A stretch of DNA of 64,000 nucleotides from Chiloscyllium plagiosum. Taxonomy: Eukaryota. The position numbers and the translations under genes are program-made. The stretch lies in NCBI RefSeq assembly GCF_004010195.1, contig NC_057759.1, positions 7,779,910 through 7,843,909 of the forward strand, written 5' to 3'. This document shows, piece after piece, positions 26,074 to 38,579 of the stretch; position 1 is the stretch's first letter, and each line of letters starts with the position of its first letter. Under the pieces are notes generated by a model. It had not been told where the DNA came from. It made no database searches and worked only from the letters and a program-made list of their open reading frames with translations.

Positions 26074-26388
26074 GGCGGCACGGTGGCACAGTGGTTAGCA
26101 CTGCTGCCTCACAGCGCCAGAGACCCGGGTTCAATTCCCGACTCAGGCGACTGACTGTGTGGAGTTTGCACATTCTCCCCGTGTCTGCGTGGGTTTCCTC
26201 CAGGTGCACCGGTTTCCTCCCACAGTCCAAAGATGTGCACATCAGGTGAATTGGCATGCGAAATTGCCCGTAGTGTTAGGTAATAGGGGTAAAGGTACGG
26301 GAATGAGTGGGTTACGCTTCGGCGGGTCGGTGTGGACTTGTTGGGCCGAACGGCCTGTTTCCACACTCTACGTAATCTAATCTAATCT
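26074..26388 (+). mobile_element. HE1-type SINE, young and CpG-intact
   Basis: ggcggcacggtggcacagtggttagc (A box), gggttcaattccc (B box), taatc-repeat tail. Confidence 0.93.
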
Positions 26389-28744
26389 GATCATACTTTC
26401 AGCAAACGTCAGCTCGACATTCGTGCGAATTCTAGTTTTTGCATTCATTTATGAACATTTGCAACAATTGAACACTTACACAATCGAGTCTTGAGAGTCA
26501 AAGAGAGCAGAAGGATGGAAGACAACGCAGGAGTAGACAACAGGACAGAGATGTCATCAGATGGAAGCGCGGTGTGGGAGGGAAGGACACTCCAGAGATT
26601 AATTCCCCGAAAAGCACAGCTTCACTCAATTCACTAAACATTGATTTCTTTTCACTGATGTGTCGTCAGTGACGCTGGCAGTTCTGTTATTTGTCGCTCG
26701 TTATAGTTGCCTCATTTGCAAATGTATGGGGATGCGAGTGAACGTCTACTTGAACCATTTGCTAGCCAGGTGCTCTGCAGGGGCCCACAACGAAACGATT
26801 GGGAGGGAATTCTAGGATTTTAATGAAACAGAAGTAACCGCTGATACATTTCCAAATCAGGATGGTGAGTGGATCAGAGAGAAACTAGCAGGGCGTTGGA
26901 TTTCCTGTATATCTGCCACCGTTCACTTTCGAGATGAAGGTGACCATGGAAATGGAAGGAGCTGCTTATTACACACCTGTTCATATTTGACACAATATTA
27001 ATTGATCATTCGCTATTGACTCAAAATGTAAGATTCTAAAGGAGGCTATTTTGCAGCCGACAGAGGCGACTGCATTTATGCTATTTGTTGGAGTTTCATT
27101 CCTCTCCATTCCCCAAATTAGCGACAATATCATTCATACTGCGCAAAATCTGTAATAGGACACATGACATGACATGTGAGCAATGCAGTGAGGGCTTTAT
27201 TCACGCTTCAATAGAAATGGAGAAGGTTTTATGGGAATGTACACAGTCAAGAGCGAATAAATTACAGAAACAGCAGTTAGCTTCAGCCACAGTCTCAGAT
27301 GCACCTTGGTTGCCAGCACATTTACCCTTTCACGATTCAATTTAAGACTTTGCAGCACTTGAGAGGCAATAAGCACTTCTCTTCCAGCTCGACTTGACCC
27401 CCTGAGCATTCTCCAACTTTGCATCTCCCTCCAGACAATCTGCAGCTATAGCGCCCTTCTGGAAAGCAAAGATGAGGAGGTAATTGATGAAATGGTGAAA
27501 TAATTCTTATCTTAAAGGAAACACTGCAAATGCTTCTGAACTAAAATAAATTCCACAGACATGGGAAATAACTGCACTGCTTCACCAAATGCCGTGAGAC
27601 TGGAGGGTGGACTTGCAGGACTGTCCCCAAAATCACAATCCAGAACAAGCTCATGTTCTGAGGGCCTGTCTTCCAATCTCTCAATGGAAGGTAATGAAGT
27701 TTGAATGACGTTCAAATTGTGAAATGAAAGTAGGAAACACCTACTCAACTCATATCTTTCAGGGAACGTAAACTGATATTCTTACCTTTCCTTCTTTAAA
27801 TGTGACTGCAGAGTTACTGAAACGTGTTTCACTTCTGAATGTCCTATGGGGCCATTAGGAAGGGGCAAAAAATGTTAGCTTTGCCAGAGATGCGTCCATT
27901 CTATGGCTGGCTTTTGTATATATCAATTGATTCTTTTTAAGCATTTGTAAATCTAAACACGACAGATGAGAATGTAGTCTTCAGGGAACTAATCAGATTC
28001 AACTGACCTTCTGAATGCTTCTAAAGGATGTTTGAGGAGAAATGGACTCACGTTGAAAGAGAAGAAGTGGTTGCACTCCTTCATCAGCAGTGCCCAGCTG
28101 CACTGTCACCAAGAATCCCAGAAGTAAGAACAGGGCAGTTCTCATGGCTGTTGATTTCTTCTATCGGCACTGTGAACTACCTGGAGAATGGGAACTCCTT
28201 ATAGGATAACACAAACTACATTGCTGTTAATAATTGCTAAAGCAAGGAACGATTACGTGATGTGTATGAGAAAGGATCATTTCGCTCATCAGTGAATCAT
28301 CTACTCAGATTAAGGAGATTTGTTAATGGAGAGACAGAAATGAATCATGATTAACCTGGTGAAAATCAGCGGGAGCTCTCTGCAGTTTTAACTGACCAGT
28401 TATTTCCCACGAGACCATAATCTCCAAGCAATTGATTGCATCACCTTTATACTTTATGTAAGCATAATCACACTTTACACAAACCAACTTTACACATATC
28501 TACTTATCTCATCGTGATCAATATCTCAATACTGTCAGTAATTCTGGTTACTTTACTTGCCTCACCATTTTGTGTTCAGGCAACGACTGCATCAAAACAT
28601 TTGTCTCATTATAAGATGTGATTTCTTTAATAGAACTTTATTCTTTTGTCGTCAGCCAGTATCATGAACATTGTCTGACTCGTAGCTTCTTTCTTCTTAT
28701 CCAAGTTTATATTGCCATTTGTCTTTCTCTATTTCTGTCCTTAG

Positions 28745-28972
28745 CAGTGGCATAGTTCCCCACTGAGTTGAACGGTTGGTTTCTGATGCAGAGGAAGGCC
28801 AATAGCGCAGGTTCAATTCCCCACACTGACAGAGGTTACTATGAAGGGCCCGATTTCTCAACCTCACCTCCTCACCGGAGGAGTGGTGACCCTCAGGTTC
28901 AAACACTACAATTGGTCTCTCTCTCTCATGACAAAACAGCTCTATGGTTCTCTGGGACGAGAGCAACTTAAT
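28745..28972 (+). mobile_element. Second tRNA-derived SINE family (degenerate)
   Basis: B-box-like ggttcaattccc at ~28810; body unrelated to HE1. Confidence 0.55.
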
Positions 28973-29416
28973 TCCACCACTTCAAAGGTTTTAAAATTAT
29001 CATTTCATCTTGAATTACATTCGTTGATGCTCTGGTGAAATGTAATTTCATTTTGTATCACTGTTTGCATTTTTCATCCACTCTGCACATTCCTGCCCAC
29101 TCCCTAATAATCCCTGACTCCGTTGTACCCATGAGACTTTCTGTCTGTGTCTCAGAAATGTTACGTATCTCTGCCTCCATTGCTCTCTGAGAAGAGAATT
29201 TCCACCAAAGTCTCACAGCGCGCTGAGAAAAGAAAAGAAAATTTCTTGTCACGGTAATAAATTGAAAATAATATATAAACGAAACAAAAAGATGTAAAAT
29301 GCGCCTGCTGGGTGTATTTTTAACAACCCTGTGGGAAGGACGTGTTTCTGCAGCTGTACCAGTCTGACTGAGAACACATCCAGAGAACTGTGTGTGAAGT
29401 GTGTTTGGTGTGGGAC

Positions 29417-29700
29417 ACTGCTGTTCCCTGCATTATAGACAGGGACTGCTGTTCCCTGCATTATAGACAGGGACTGCTGTTGCCTGCATTATAGACAGGG
29501 ACTGCTGTTCCCTGCATTATAGACAGGGACTGCTGTTCCCTGCATTATAGACAGGGACTGCTGTTCTCTGCATTATAGACAGGGACTGCTGTTCCCCGCA
29601 TTCTAGACAGGGACTGCTGTTCCCCGCATTATAGACAGGGACTGCTGTTCCCTGTATTATAGACAGGGACTGCTGTTCCCTGCATTATAGAAAGGGACTG
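29417..29700. repeat. Minisatellite, 28-bp unit, ~10 copies
   Basis: agggactgctgttccctgcattatagac repeated head to tail. Confidence 0.97.
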
Positions 29701-29871
29701 TTATTTGAGGTTTGTCCTCATCTCCCTGTAAAATGGTTGAATGGTAGGGTTTGGGGCCTAGCTTTGCTGCTCCTCTCCCTTGTAACATTGCTGTCTCATG
29801 TACAGCTGTAAATGTTTTTTGTAAACTGTTTGTTTTAAAAAAAAAGAAAAAAAAATAGAAAGGGACTGTTG

Positions 29872-32368
29872 TTCCCATCTGTCTCCACCAGTCCCCACCG
29901 GGCCCCATCTGTCGCCACCAGGCCCCATCTTTCACGACCAAGTCCAACCAGGCCTCATTTGTCGCCACCAGGCCCCACCTGTTGCCACCAAGCGCCATCT
30001 GTCGCCACCAGGCTCCGTCCGTCGCTACCAGGCCGCGTCCGTCGCCACCAGGCCCCATCCGTTGGCACCGGTCCCCATCAGTCGCCATCGGGTCCCAATC
30101 TGTCTCCACCAGTCCCCATCAGTCCCCATCTGTCGCCACTGGGCCCCATCTGTCGCCACCAGGTCCAACCACACCCCATCTGTCACCACCAGGACCCACC
30201 AGTCGCCACCACGACCCATTAGTCGCCACCTGGTCCCACCGGTCCCCACCTGTCGCCACCGGTCCCCACCATTCGCCACCAGGCCCAACCTGTCTCCACC
30301 GGACCCCATCCGTTGCCACCGGACCCCATGCGTCGCCGCTTACCCCATCTGACGCCACCAGTCCCCAACTGTTGCCAGCAGTCCCCATCTATCTCCACCA
30401 GTCCCCACCGGTCCCCATCTATCGGCAGCAGGCCCCATCTGTCACGACCAGGCCCAACCAGGCCCCACCGGTCGCCACCAGGACCCACCTGTCGCCACCA
30501 GGCCCAACCAGGACCCACCTGTCTCCACCAGTCCCCAACTATCGCCACCGGTCCCCATCTGTTGCCAGCAGTCCCCATCTGTCTCCACGAGGCCCCATCT
30601 GTCACGACCAGTTCCAACCAGGCCCCATCTGTCGCCACCAGGCCCCACCTGTCATCAACAGACGTCTCCTGTCGCCACCAGGCCCCGTCCGTCGCCACCA
30701 GGCCCTGTCCGTCACCACCAGGCCCCGTCCGTCGGCACCGGTGCCCATTAGACGCCACCGGTCCCCATCAGTCGTCATCGGGTCCCCATCAGTCGTCATC
30801 GGGTCCCCATCAGTCGTCATCGGGTCCCCATCTGTCTCCACCAGTCCCCAACTATCAGCACCAGTCCCCATCTGTCGCCAACGATCCCCATCTGTTGCCA
30901 CCGGGCTCCATGTGTCGCCACCGGACCCCAACTGTCACCACCAGGCCCAACCACACCCCATCTGACACCACCACAACCCACCTGTCGCCACCAGGACCCA
31001 CCTGTCTCCACCGGGTCCCACCAGGCCCCACCTGTCACCACCAGTCGCCAACAATCACACCCAGTCCCCATCTGTCGCCACCGGTCCCCATCTGGCCCAG
31101 TCCCCGCCTTTCGCCACCGGTCTCCACCTGTCGCCACCGGACCCCACATGTCGCCACCGGGCCCCACATGTCTCCACCGGGCCCCATCTGTCGCCACCGG
31201 GCCCCACTTGTCGCCACCACGACCCACCTGTCTCCACCGGGTCCCACCGGTCCCCATCTGTCGCCACCAGGACCCACCTGTCGCCACCGGTCCTCATCTG
31301 TTGCCAACAGTCCCCATTTGTCTCCACCTGTCCCCACCGGGCACCATCTGTCGCCACCAGGACTCACCTGTCATGACCAAGTCCAAACAGGCCCCACCTG
31401 TCGCCACCAGGCCCCACCTGTCTCCACCAGTCGTCTCCTGTCGCCACCAAGCGCCATCTGTCCCCACCAGGCCCCGTCCGTCGCTATCCGTCCCCGTCTG
31501 CCGCCAGTCCCCATCTGTCTCCACCAGTCCCCATCTGTCGCCAAAGGTTCCCATCTGCCACCGGTCCCCACCTGTCGCCACCAGGCCCCATCAGTCCCCA
31601 CCTTTCGCCACCAGTCCCCACCTGTCGCCACCGGGCTCCACCTGTCTCCACTGGGCCCCATCAGACCCCACCAGTCGCCACCAGGACCCACGTGTCGCCA
31701 CCAGGACCCACGTGTCGCCACCGGGACCCACGTGTCGCCACCGGGACCCACCTGTCGCCACCGGGACCCACCTGTCGCCACCGGGACCCACCTGTCGCCA
31801 CCGGGCCCCACCTGTCGCCACCGGGCCCCACCTGTTGCCACCAGGACCCACCTGTCGCCACCTGTCTCCACCGTTCACCATCCGTCGCCACCGGTCCCCA
31901 TCCGTCGCCACCAGTCCCCGTCTGTTGCCAGCAGTCCCCATCTGTCTCCACCAGTCCCCACCGGACCCCATCTGTCGCCACCTGGCCCTGTCCGTCGCCA
32001 CCTGGCCCTGTCCGTCGCCACCTGCAGCCCCCACCGGACCCCATCTGCCGCCACCTGGCCCTGTCCGTCGCCACCTGGCCCTGTCCGTCGCCACCTGGCC
32101 CTGTCCGTCGCCACCAGGCCCTGTCCGTCGCCACCAGGCCCTGTCCGTCGCCACCAGGCCTCACCTGCCTCCACCAGTCGTCTCCTGTCACCACCAAGCG
32201 CCATCTGCCGCCACCAGGCCCCGTCTGTCGCCAGCTGGCCCATCCGTCGCCACCTGGCCCCATCCGTCAGCACCAGTCCCCTTCCGTCGTACCGGGCCCC
32301 ATCTGCCCCGGTCCCCGCCTGTCGCCACCGGGCCCCATCTGTCGCCACAAGTCCCCATCAGTCCTCAA
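29872..32368. repeat. GC-rich degenerate satellite, ~20-bp unit
   Basis: ccgggacccacctgtcgcca / ccaggccccatctgtcgcca variants over 2.5 kb; source of the Pro-rich ORFs. Confidence 0.95.
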
Positions 32369-32955
32369 CTATCACCCTCACACTTACTGTTTCACTATCA
32401 CCCTGATCCCATCACACTTACTGCATCACTCTCACCCTGATCCCATCACACTTACTGCATCACTACCACCCTGATCCCATTACACCTACTGCATCACTAT
32501 CATTCTGAACCATCACACTTAGTGCATCACTATCTCCCTGACCCACTCACACTTCCTGCGTCAATATCTCCCTGATCCCATCACACTCACTGCGTCAAAA
32601 TCTTCCAGAGCCACTCACACTTACTGCGTCAATCACCCTGTCTCCATCACACTTACTGCGTCACTATCACCCTGACCCCATCACACTTATTGCGTCACTA
32701 TCACCCTGACCCCATCACAATTACTGTGTCACGGTCACCCTGATCCATACACTTACTGCGTCACTATCACCCTGACCCCATCACACTTACTGTGTCACTA
32801 TCACTCTGACCCCCTCACACTTACTGCGTCACTTTTACCCTGATCCCATCACACTTACTGCGTCACTTTTACCCTGATCCCATCACACTTACTGCATCAC
32901 TTTTACCCTGATCCCATCACACTTACTGCATCACTATCTCCCTGACCCCATCACA
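32369..32955. repeat. Minisatellite, 34-bp unit, ~17 copies
   Basis: ctatcaccctgaccccatcacacttactgcgtca. Confidence 0.95.
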
Positions 32956-33039
32956 ATGTATTCAGGAACAATGGGTACCCAATAAGTGCAGTCCACTGAT
33001 CCTGGCACTACAGACCTAAACAGGAAGACACAATATGCC

Positions 33040-35200
33040 CATAGATTATCAGAAGGTCAATGCTGTGACCAAATCTGACTCATACCCAATTCCAAGGCTA
33101 GATGATTGTGTGGAAAAAGTGGGCCACGCCACTTGCTTCACAAAGTTGACTTACTTTGTGGTATTGGCAAGTACCATTGCTGGAGAGGGAAAAAACATTT
33201 CTATCTAATGGGCTATAAAATTTAAAGTAATGCCCTTTGGATTGAAAAACACACCAACCACTTTTCAGAGGCTCTTAATCAGAGTTGGTGCAGGATTGAC
33301 AAATTGTGCCGTCTACATTGATGACTTAATGATTTTTTGCCATTCGTGGAAAGACCACATGGAGCATTTGGCAGAGCTCTTTGAGAGAGTATGGAAGGCA
33401 AAGTTGGTTGTAAACTTGGCAATAACAGAATTTGTGATGGCGGAAGTGATATTCCTATGGCACAACATTGGATATGGACAGATGACACCAAGGAATGTGA
33501 AGATGAAGGTGATTGAGGAATTCCCAAGACAATCCTTGAAGAAGGAAATGCTACGATTTTTAAGATTGGTACAAACTTCCTGTAGAATCTGCCCAAACTT
33601 TTGCAGCGAAGTGACATCATTGATGGATTTGTTAAAAAAACATGAAATTTCAGTGGACAGAACAATGCGAGGAGGCATATGAGAATTTAAGAGCAATGTT
33701 AACCACCACAACAGCTTTAGCCACGCCAAATTTTTTGAAACCTTTCAAAGTCGCCATTGATGCAAATGATGTAGGTGTTGAAGCTGTGATGTTAGGAAAG
33801 ACACAGGCAGTGAGCAAATCAGTGTTTTTGATGCCAGCTAATAATTAAATCTATCGTATATGTCATGTGAACATGCTGAAGTAGTATTATAACAGAACAA
33901 GGGAACTGGAGAAACAGGTATTATTTCCTGCCATTCACAGTGAGGAATCAAATCCAGATAATTTGGATTTTGATGTCACTCAGAATAAATTGACTAATGA
34001 GGAAGTCCTCAAGGAATGGGATAGGGTAGTGAGCTCTCTGTTCCAGGAACAGAGAACTGAATTGAAAGGATCATTGCAGGACTATGAGGTCCTATGTAGG
34101 ACTAAATGAGGTTGATATAGGGAATGCCATTCCAATAAACAACACCCTTCCAGGCTTAATCCTCCCAAAGCAGCACAGGTACAGAAAGAAGTGGAAGCAA
34201 TGCACCAAGAAGACATTGAGCTAAGTCAAAGCGAGTGGAGTTCACGGAGTACCATCAGGTTTGGAAACCTGCATGACCAATGGTTCTGTGTAGATTATCG
34301 GAAGGTCAACACCATGAATAAATCAGACTCGTACCCAGTTACAATGTGGAGGACCCTGTAGATGATGTTGGACAAGCCACATACATCACAAAGCTGGACT
34401 TACTTCGTGGTTACTGGCATTAAGATTTAGAAAAAAATTATGAAGTCATCTTTTCATCACGATGATTGTTTTTCTTAAGGGGGTTGGTGTTGCAAAGTTG
34501 GTGTGTGTAAAATTGTAAAATGGGGTGAAAACATCACATGGTCTCTTTAAAAGCTGTTTTTCTTTCAATGCTTAAATTTAACATGGATGTCTGAACAGGT
34601 GCACAGATAGCACCTGAATTGAAACATTTTGTATGAATAGCCAAGCAACATTTTTAGCCAAACAATTTAAATCAAGCTCATGGATATTAAAAACCAATTA
34701 AATTTAAATCTGATGATTTTGACCACCAAGAAACAATTTGATTGTAAAGAAATTAATAGGTCATTAACGAATTAAAAGATGAAAGCATTTGGAAAATCAG
34801 ACAGGTCAAACTGCCAGCTGAAACTGCTTTTCAGTTCTCATGAAAAGCACCATCTAATTAATAAAGGTAACACAGCACTCTTGCTAATGTTCCAGACAGC
34901 AGAACTCAGACAGAACATTTCTGACAGAAGAACTGACATAAGAAATCAACAGAGAGAGGTATTGCTTACACAAGAATTCGAAGGATGAGGCATTCCTGAA
35001 AGATGATCAGTGGAGAGGGTGAGGACTATTCCAGAAGACAAGTCCTACCTGTATTTTTGAGACTAAATTCTATTGTTTTATCATAGAAGTGGGATTGTAT
35101 TTATTGAACCAGCATACCATTAGGTTTTTATTTTATTAGGGAATAGTTTGGTTTGTTAATAGTTCTGTTAATTTGTTCACTGTTGGAGTTAGAACAAAGA
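33040..35200 (+). mobile_element. Gypsy (Gmr1-like) LTR retrotransposon remnant with probable 3' LTR from 34488
   Basis: DYQKVNAVTKSDSYPIPRLDD; MPFGLKNTPTTFQR; YIDD; PFKVAIDANDVGV. Then HVNMLK and a second RT start (WSS, CVDYRKVN, LDLLRGYW). Purine-rich tract aaggggg then TG at 34488. Confidence 0.8.
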
Positions 35201-35204
35201 AAAT

Positions 35205-37990
35205 TTGCAGCCTAGGAAATTTACACCCTTCGGCCCTCCAAGCCTTAGCTGATCCAAATCTACTGTCTAAACCAATTCCTAAGCACCTTATCCCACTGTT
35301 CCCCACCTACTCATGCATCTGTCCAGACGCATCTTCAATGAATCAACCATGCCTGCCTCTACTACCTCTGCTGGCAATGCATTCCAGACACCCACCACCC
35401 TCTGTTATAAAGTACATGCTGTGTGTATCCCCCTTAAACTTTCCGCTTCTCACCCTGAAAGCATGACCTCTTGTTACTGAATCCTTCACCCTGGGAAGAA
35501 GCTTGTCTCTATCTACCCTGCCAATACCCTTCATGATTTTGTAGACCTCGAACAAGTCCCCCCCTCAACCTCCTTTTTTCTAACGAAAAGAAACCTAACC
35601 TACTCAACCTCTCTTCATAGCTAGCACCCTCCAGACCAGGCAACATACTCGTATGCCTTTTCTGTACTCTCTCCAAAGCGTCCACATCCTCTTGGTAATG
35701 TGGTGACCAGAACTGTTCACAGAATTTTAAATGTGGCTGAACCAATGTCGTGTACAATTTTAACATGACCTGCCAGCTCTTATACTCAATACCCTGTCTG
35801 ATGAAGGCAAGCATACCATATGCCTTCTTGACCACTCTATCCACCTGTGCAGCAACCTTCAGGGTACTATGGACCTGCACTCCACCAGATCTCTCTGCTC
35901 ATCAACATTTCCCAAGACTCTTCCGTTTACTGTATAATTCGCTCTAGAATTAGACTTCACAAAATGCATCACCTCACATTTGCCTGGATTGAACTCCATC
36001 TGCCACTTCTCCATTTAACTCTCCAGTCTATCTATATTCTCCTGTATTATTTGACAGTCCCTTGTGCTTTCTGCTACTCCACCAATCTTCATGTCATCTG
36101 CAAACTTGCTGATCATGCCAACAGTGCCCTCTTCCAGATCATTTATGAATATCACAAACAACAGTAGCCCCTGTGGAACACCACTGGTCACCTTTCTCCA
36201 TTTTGAGAAACTCCCTTCAACTATTACTCTCTGTCTCCTGTTGCTCAACCACTTCTTTATCCACCTAGCTAGAACACTCTGCACACGATATGACTTCACT
36301 TTTTCTATTAGTTTACCATGGGGAACCTTATCAAATGCCTTACAAAAGTCCATGTGTATGACATCTATCAACTTGGTCAATTCCTCAAAGAACTCTATTA
36401 AGTTTGTAAGGCATGACCTCCCCAACACAAAACCATGTTGCCTATCACTGATAAGCGCATTCTTTTCTAAATATAAATAGAGCCTATCCCTCAATACCTT
36501 CTCCAGCAACTTTCCCACCACTGACGACAGGCTCACGGGTCTGTAGTTACCCGGAATATCCCTACTACCCTTCCCTTACAGGGGGAACAACATGACCAGC
36601 CCTCCAGTCCTCTGGCACCTCACCTGTGTTTAAGGATGCCACAAAGATATCTGTCAGGGCTCCAGGTATTTCTTCTTTCACATCCCTCAGTAACCTGGGA
36701 TAGATCCCATCTGGTCCTGGGGATTTGTCCACCTTAATAATCTCTAGCCTAGCCGACACATCTTCCCTACTTATGTTAAAGTGATCTAGACGAATCAAAC
36801 TTCTACCTCTAATCTCAACATTCATCATGTCCCTCTCTTCAGTGAACACTAATGCAAAGTAATCATTCAGAATCTTACCCATTCTCTCGGGTTCGACACA
36901 TAGCCTTCCTTCATTATCCTTTAGTGGACCAATCCTTTTTCTAGTTACCCGCTTACTTCTTACATAAGAATAAAAGGCTTTGGGATTCCCTTTAATTCTG
37001 TTAGCTAAAACTATTTCATGGCCCATTTTAGCCCACTTGATTCCTCATTTAAGGCTGGTCCTACTCTTCCGATACATCTCCAAGGCCCATTCTGTTCTTA
37101 GCTGCCTGGACCTTATGTATGCTTCCCTTTTCCTCTTGGCTAGTCGTACAATTTCTCCTGTCATCCATGGTTCACAAATCTTGCCTTTCCTATCCTTTGC
37201 CTTCAATGGGACATGTCTATCCTGCACTATCTTTAACCTATCTTTGAAAGTCTCCCACATATCAAATATGGACTTCCCTTCAAATAGCGGTGTCCAATCC
37301 ACATTTCCCAACTCCTGCTAATTTTGATATAATTGGCCCTGGCCCAGTTTAGTATCCTTCCCTTAGACAAAGATGAGAGTAGTCCTATGTGTATTCTAAA
37401 AACTTACAGAATTGTGGTCACTGTTCCCAAAGAAACCCTCACCGCAACTTCTACCACCTGCCCTTGTTCATTCCCCAACACCAGGTCCAGTATGGCCCCT
37501 TCCCTTGTCGGACTATTGACATACTGCTCTAGAAAATTCTCCTGGACGCTTCTTACAAATTCTACCCCATCCAGACCTCTGACAGTAAGTGTATCCCAGT
37601 CAATGTTGGGAAAATTAAAATCTCCCATCACCACTACACTATTGCCGCTACATCTTTCCATAATCTGTTTATTTATTTGTTCTTATACCTCTTGCTCACT
37701 GTTGGGAAGCCTGTAATACAGCCCCAACAACGTAAGTGCACGCTTCTTATTTCTCAGCTCCACCCATAATTCCTCACTACTCAAGCCATCCATGGTGTCT
37801 TCCTTTAGCACAGCCATGATATCATCCCTGACCAGCAATACAACTACACGCCCCCCCCCCCCCCCTCAATCCCCACCTTTTACTTCCCTCCCTGTCCTGT
37901 CTAAAGTGTCTATATCCTGGAACATTTAGTTGCCAATCATGCCCTTCCTTCAACCAAGTCTCTGTGATTGCAATAACATTATGCACTTCA
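35205..37990 (-). mobile_element. CR1 ORF2 (endonuclease through 3' end)
   Basis: VVVMGDFNFPNIDW; IKVDKSPGPDGIYPR; QHGFVLGRSCLTNLIEFFE; SKFADD; LERVQKR. Confidence 0.95.
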
Positions 37991-38439
37991 GGCCACCAGT
38001 TCTTTTACATTCATTTGCTCCCTGCCTACTCTTCCCCTTAATAATTCTATCTGCATGATTCTAACAGTCTAGATAAAGAAATTGTCAGTTTTTGATTTTA
38101 GAAGGAGTGCAAGGATTTCATTTAACCATTTCTTTGTAACAGATTGGGGAGGTGAGAGATTATACCACTTGTCACACCTCTTTTAATAGATTATGAAGTG
38201 AGACAAGGCTCTCTGGGTGTTTCGGTGTTCATTATCAGCAGGGGGGGGGGGGGGGGGGGGGGGGGGAGGAATGTGGATGTGGGGTTGGCCTCCACTTCAT
38301 GACAACCTTTTTTATATAATGGCACTATGTTAGCCAACATCCAGTCTTCCAGCACCTCATCCGTGGTTATCAATGATACAAATATCTCAGCAATCATTTC
38401 TGTGGCTTCCCAGAGAGTTCTGGGGTACATTGTTTATGG

Positions 38440-38533
38440 CTGAAAATGTGTTGCTGGAAAAGTGCAGCAGGTCAGGCAGCATCCAAGGAACAGGAGAATC
38501 GACGTTTCGGGCATAAGCCCTTCTTCAGCCCTC
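38440..38533 (-). mobile_element. 94-bp Penelope-terminus/hammerhead insertion with 14-bp TSD
   Basis: tacattgtttatgg at 38426-38439 and 38534-38547. Confidence 0.88.
38497..38530 (-). ncRNA. Minimal type-I hammerhead ribozyme motif
   Basis: Minus strand: CTGAAGA-a-gggc ttat gccc-GAAAC-GTC. Confidence 0.75.
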
Positions 38534-38579
38534 TACATTGTTTATGGGTTAGGACAGACATATCTCCCATCAAGAAAAA

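Noticed and set aside
26074..26145. tRNA-like A and B boxes
   Set aside because: This is the head of an HE1 SINE continuing into a CR1-derived tail, not a tRNA gene.
29417..29700. CRISPR-like palindromic repeats
   Set aside because: Head-to-tail units with no unique spacers, no cas genes, and a eukaryotic context.
29869..32474. Long Pro-rich ORFs (up to 697 aa) resembling extensin or collagen
   Set aside because: Open in several frames on both strands because the 20-bp satellite has few stop codons; the unit length is not a multiple of 3.
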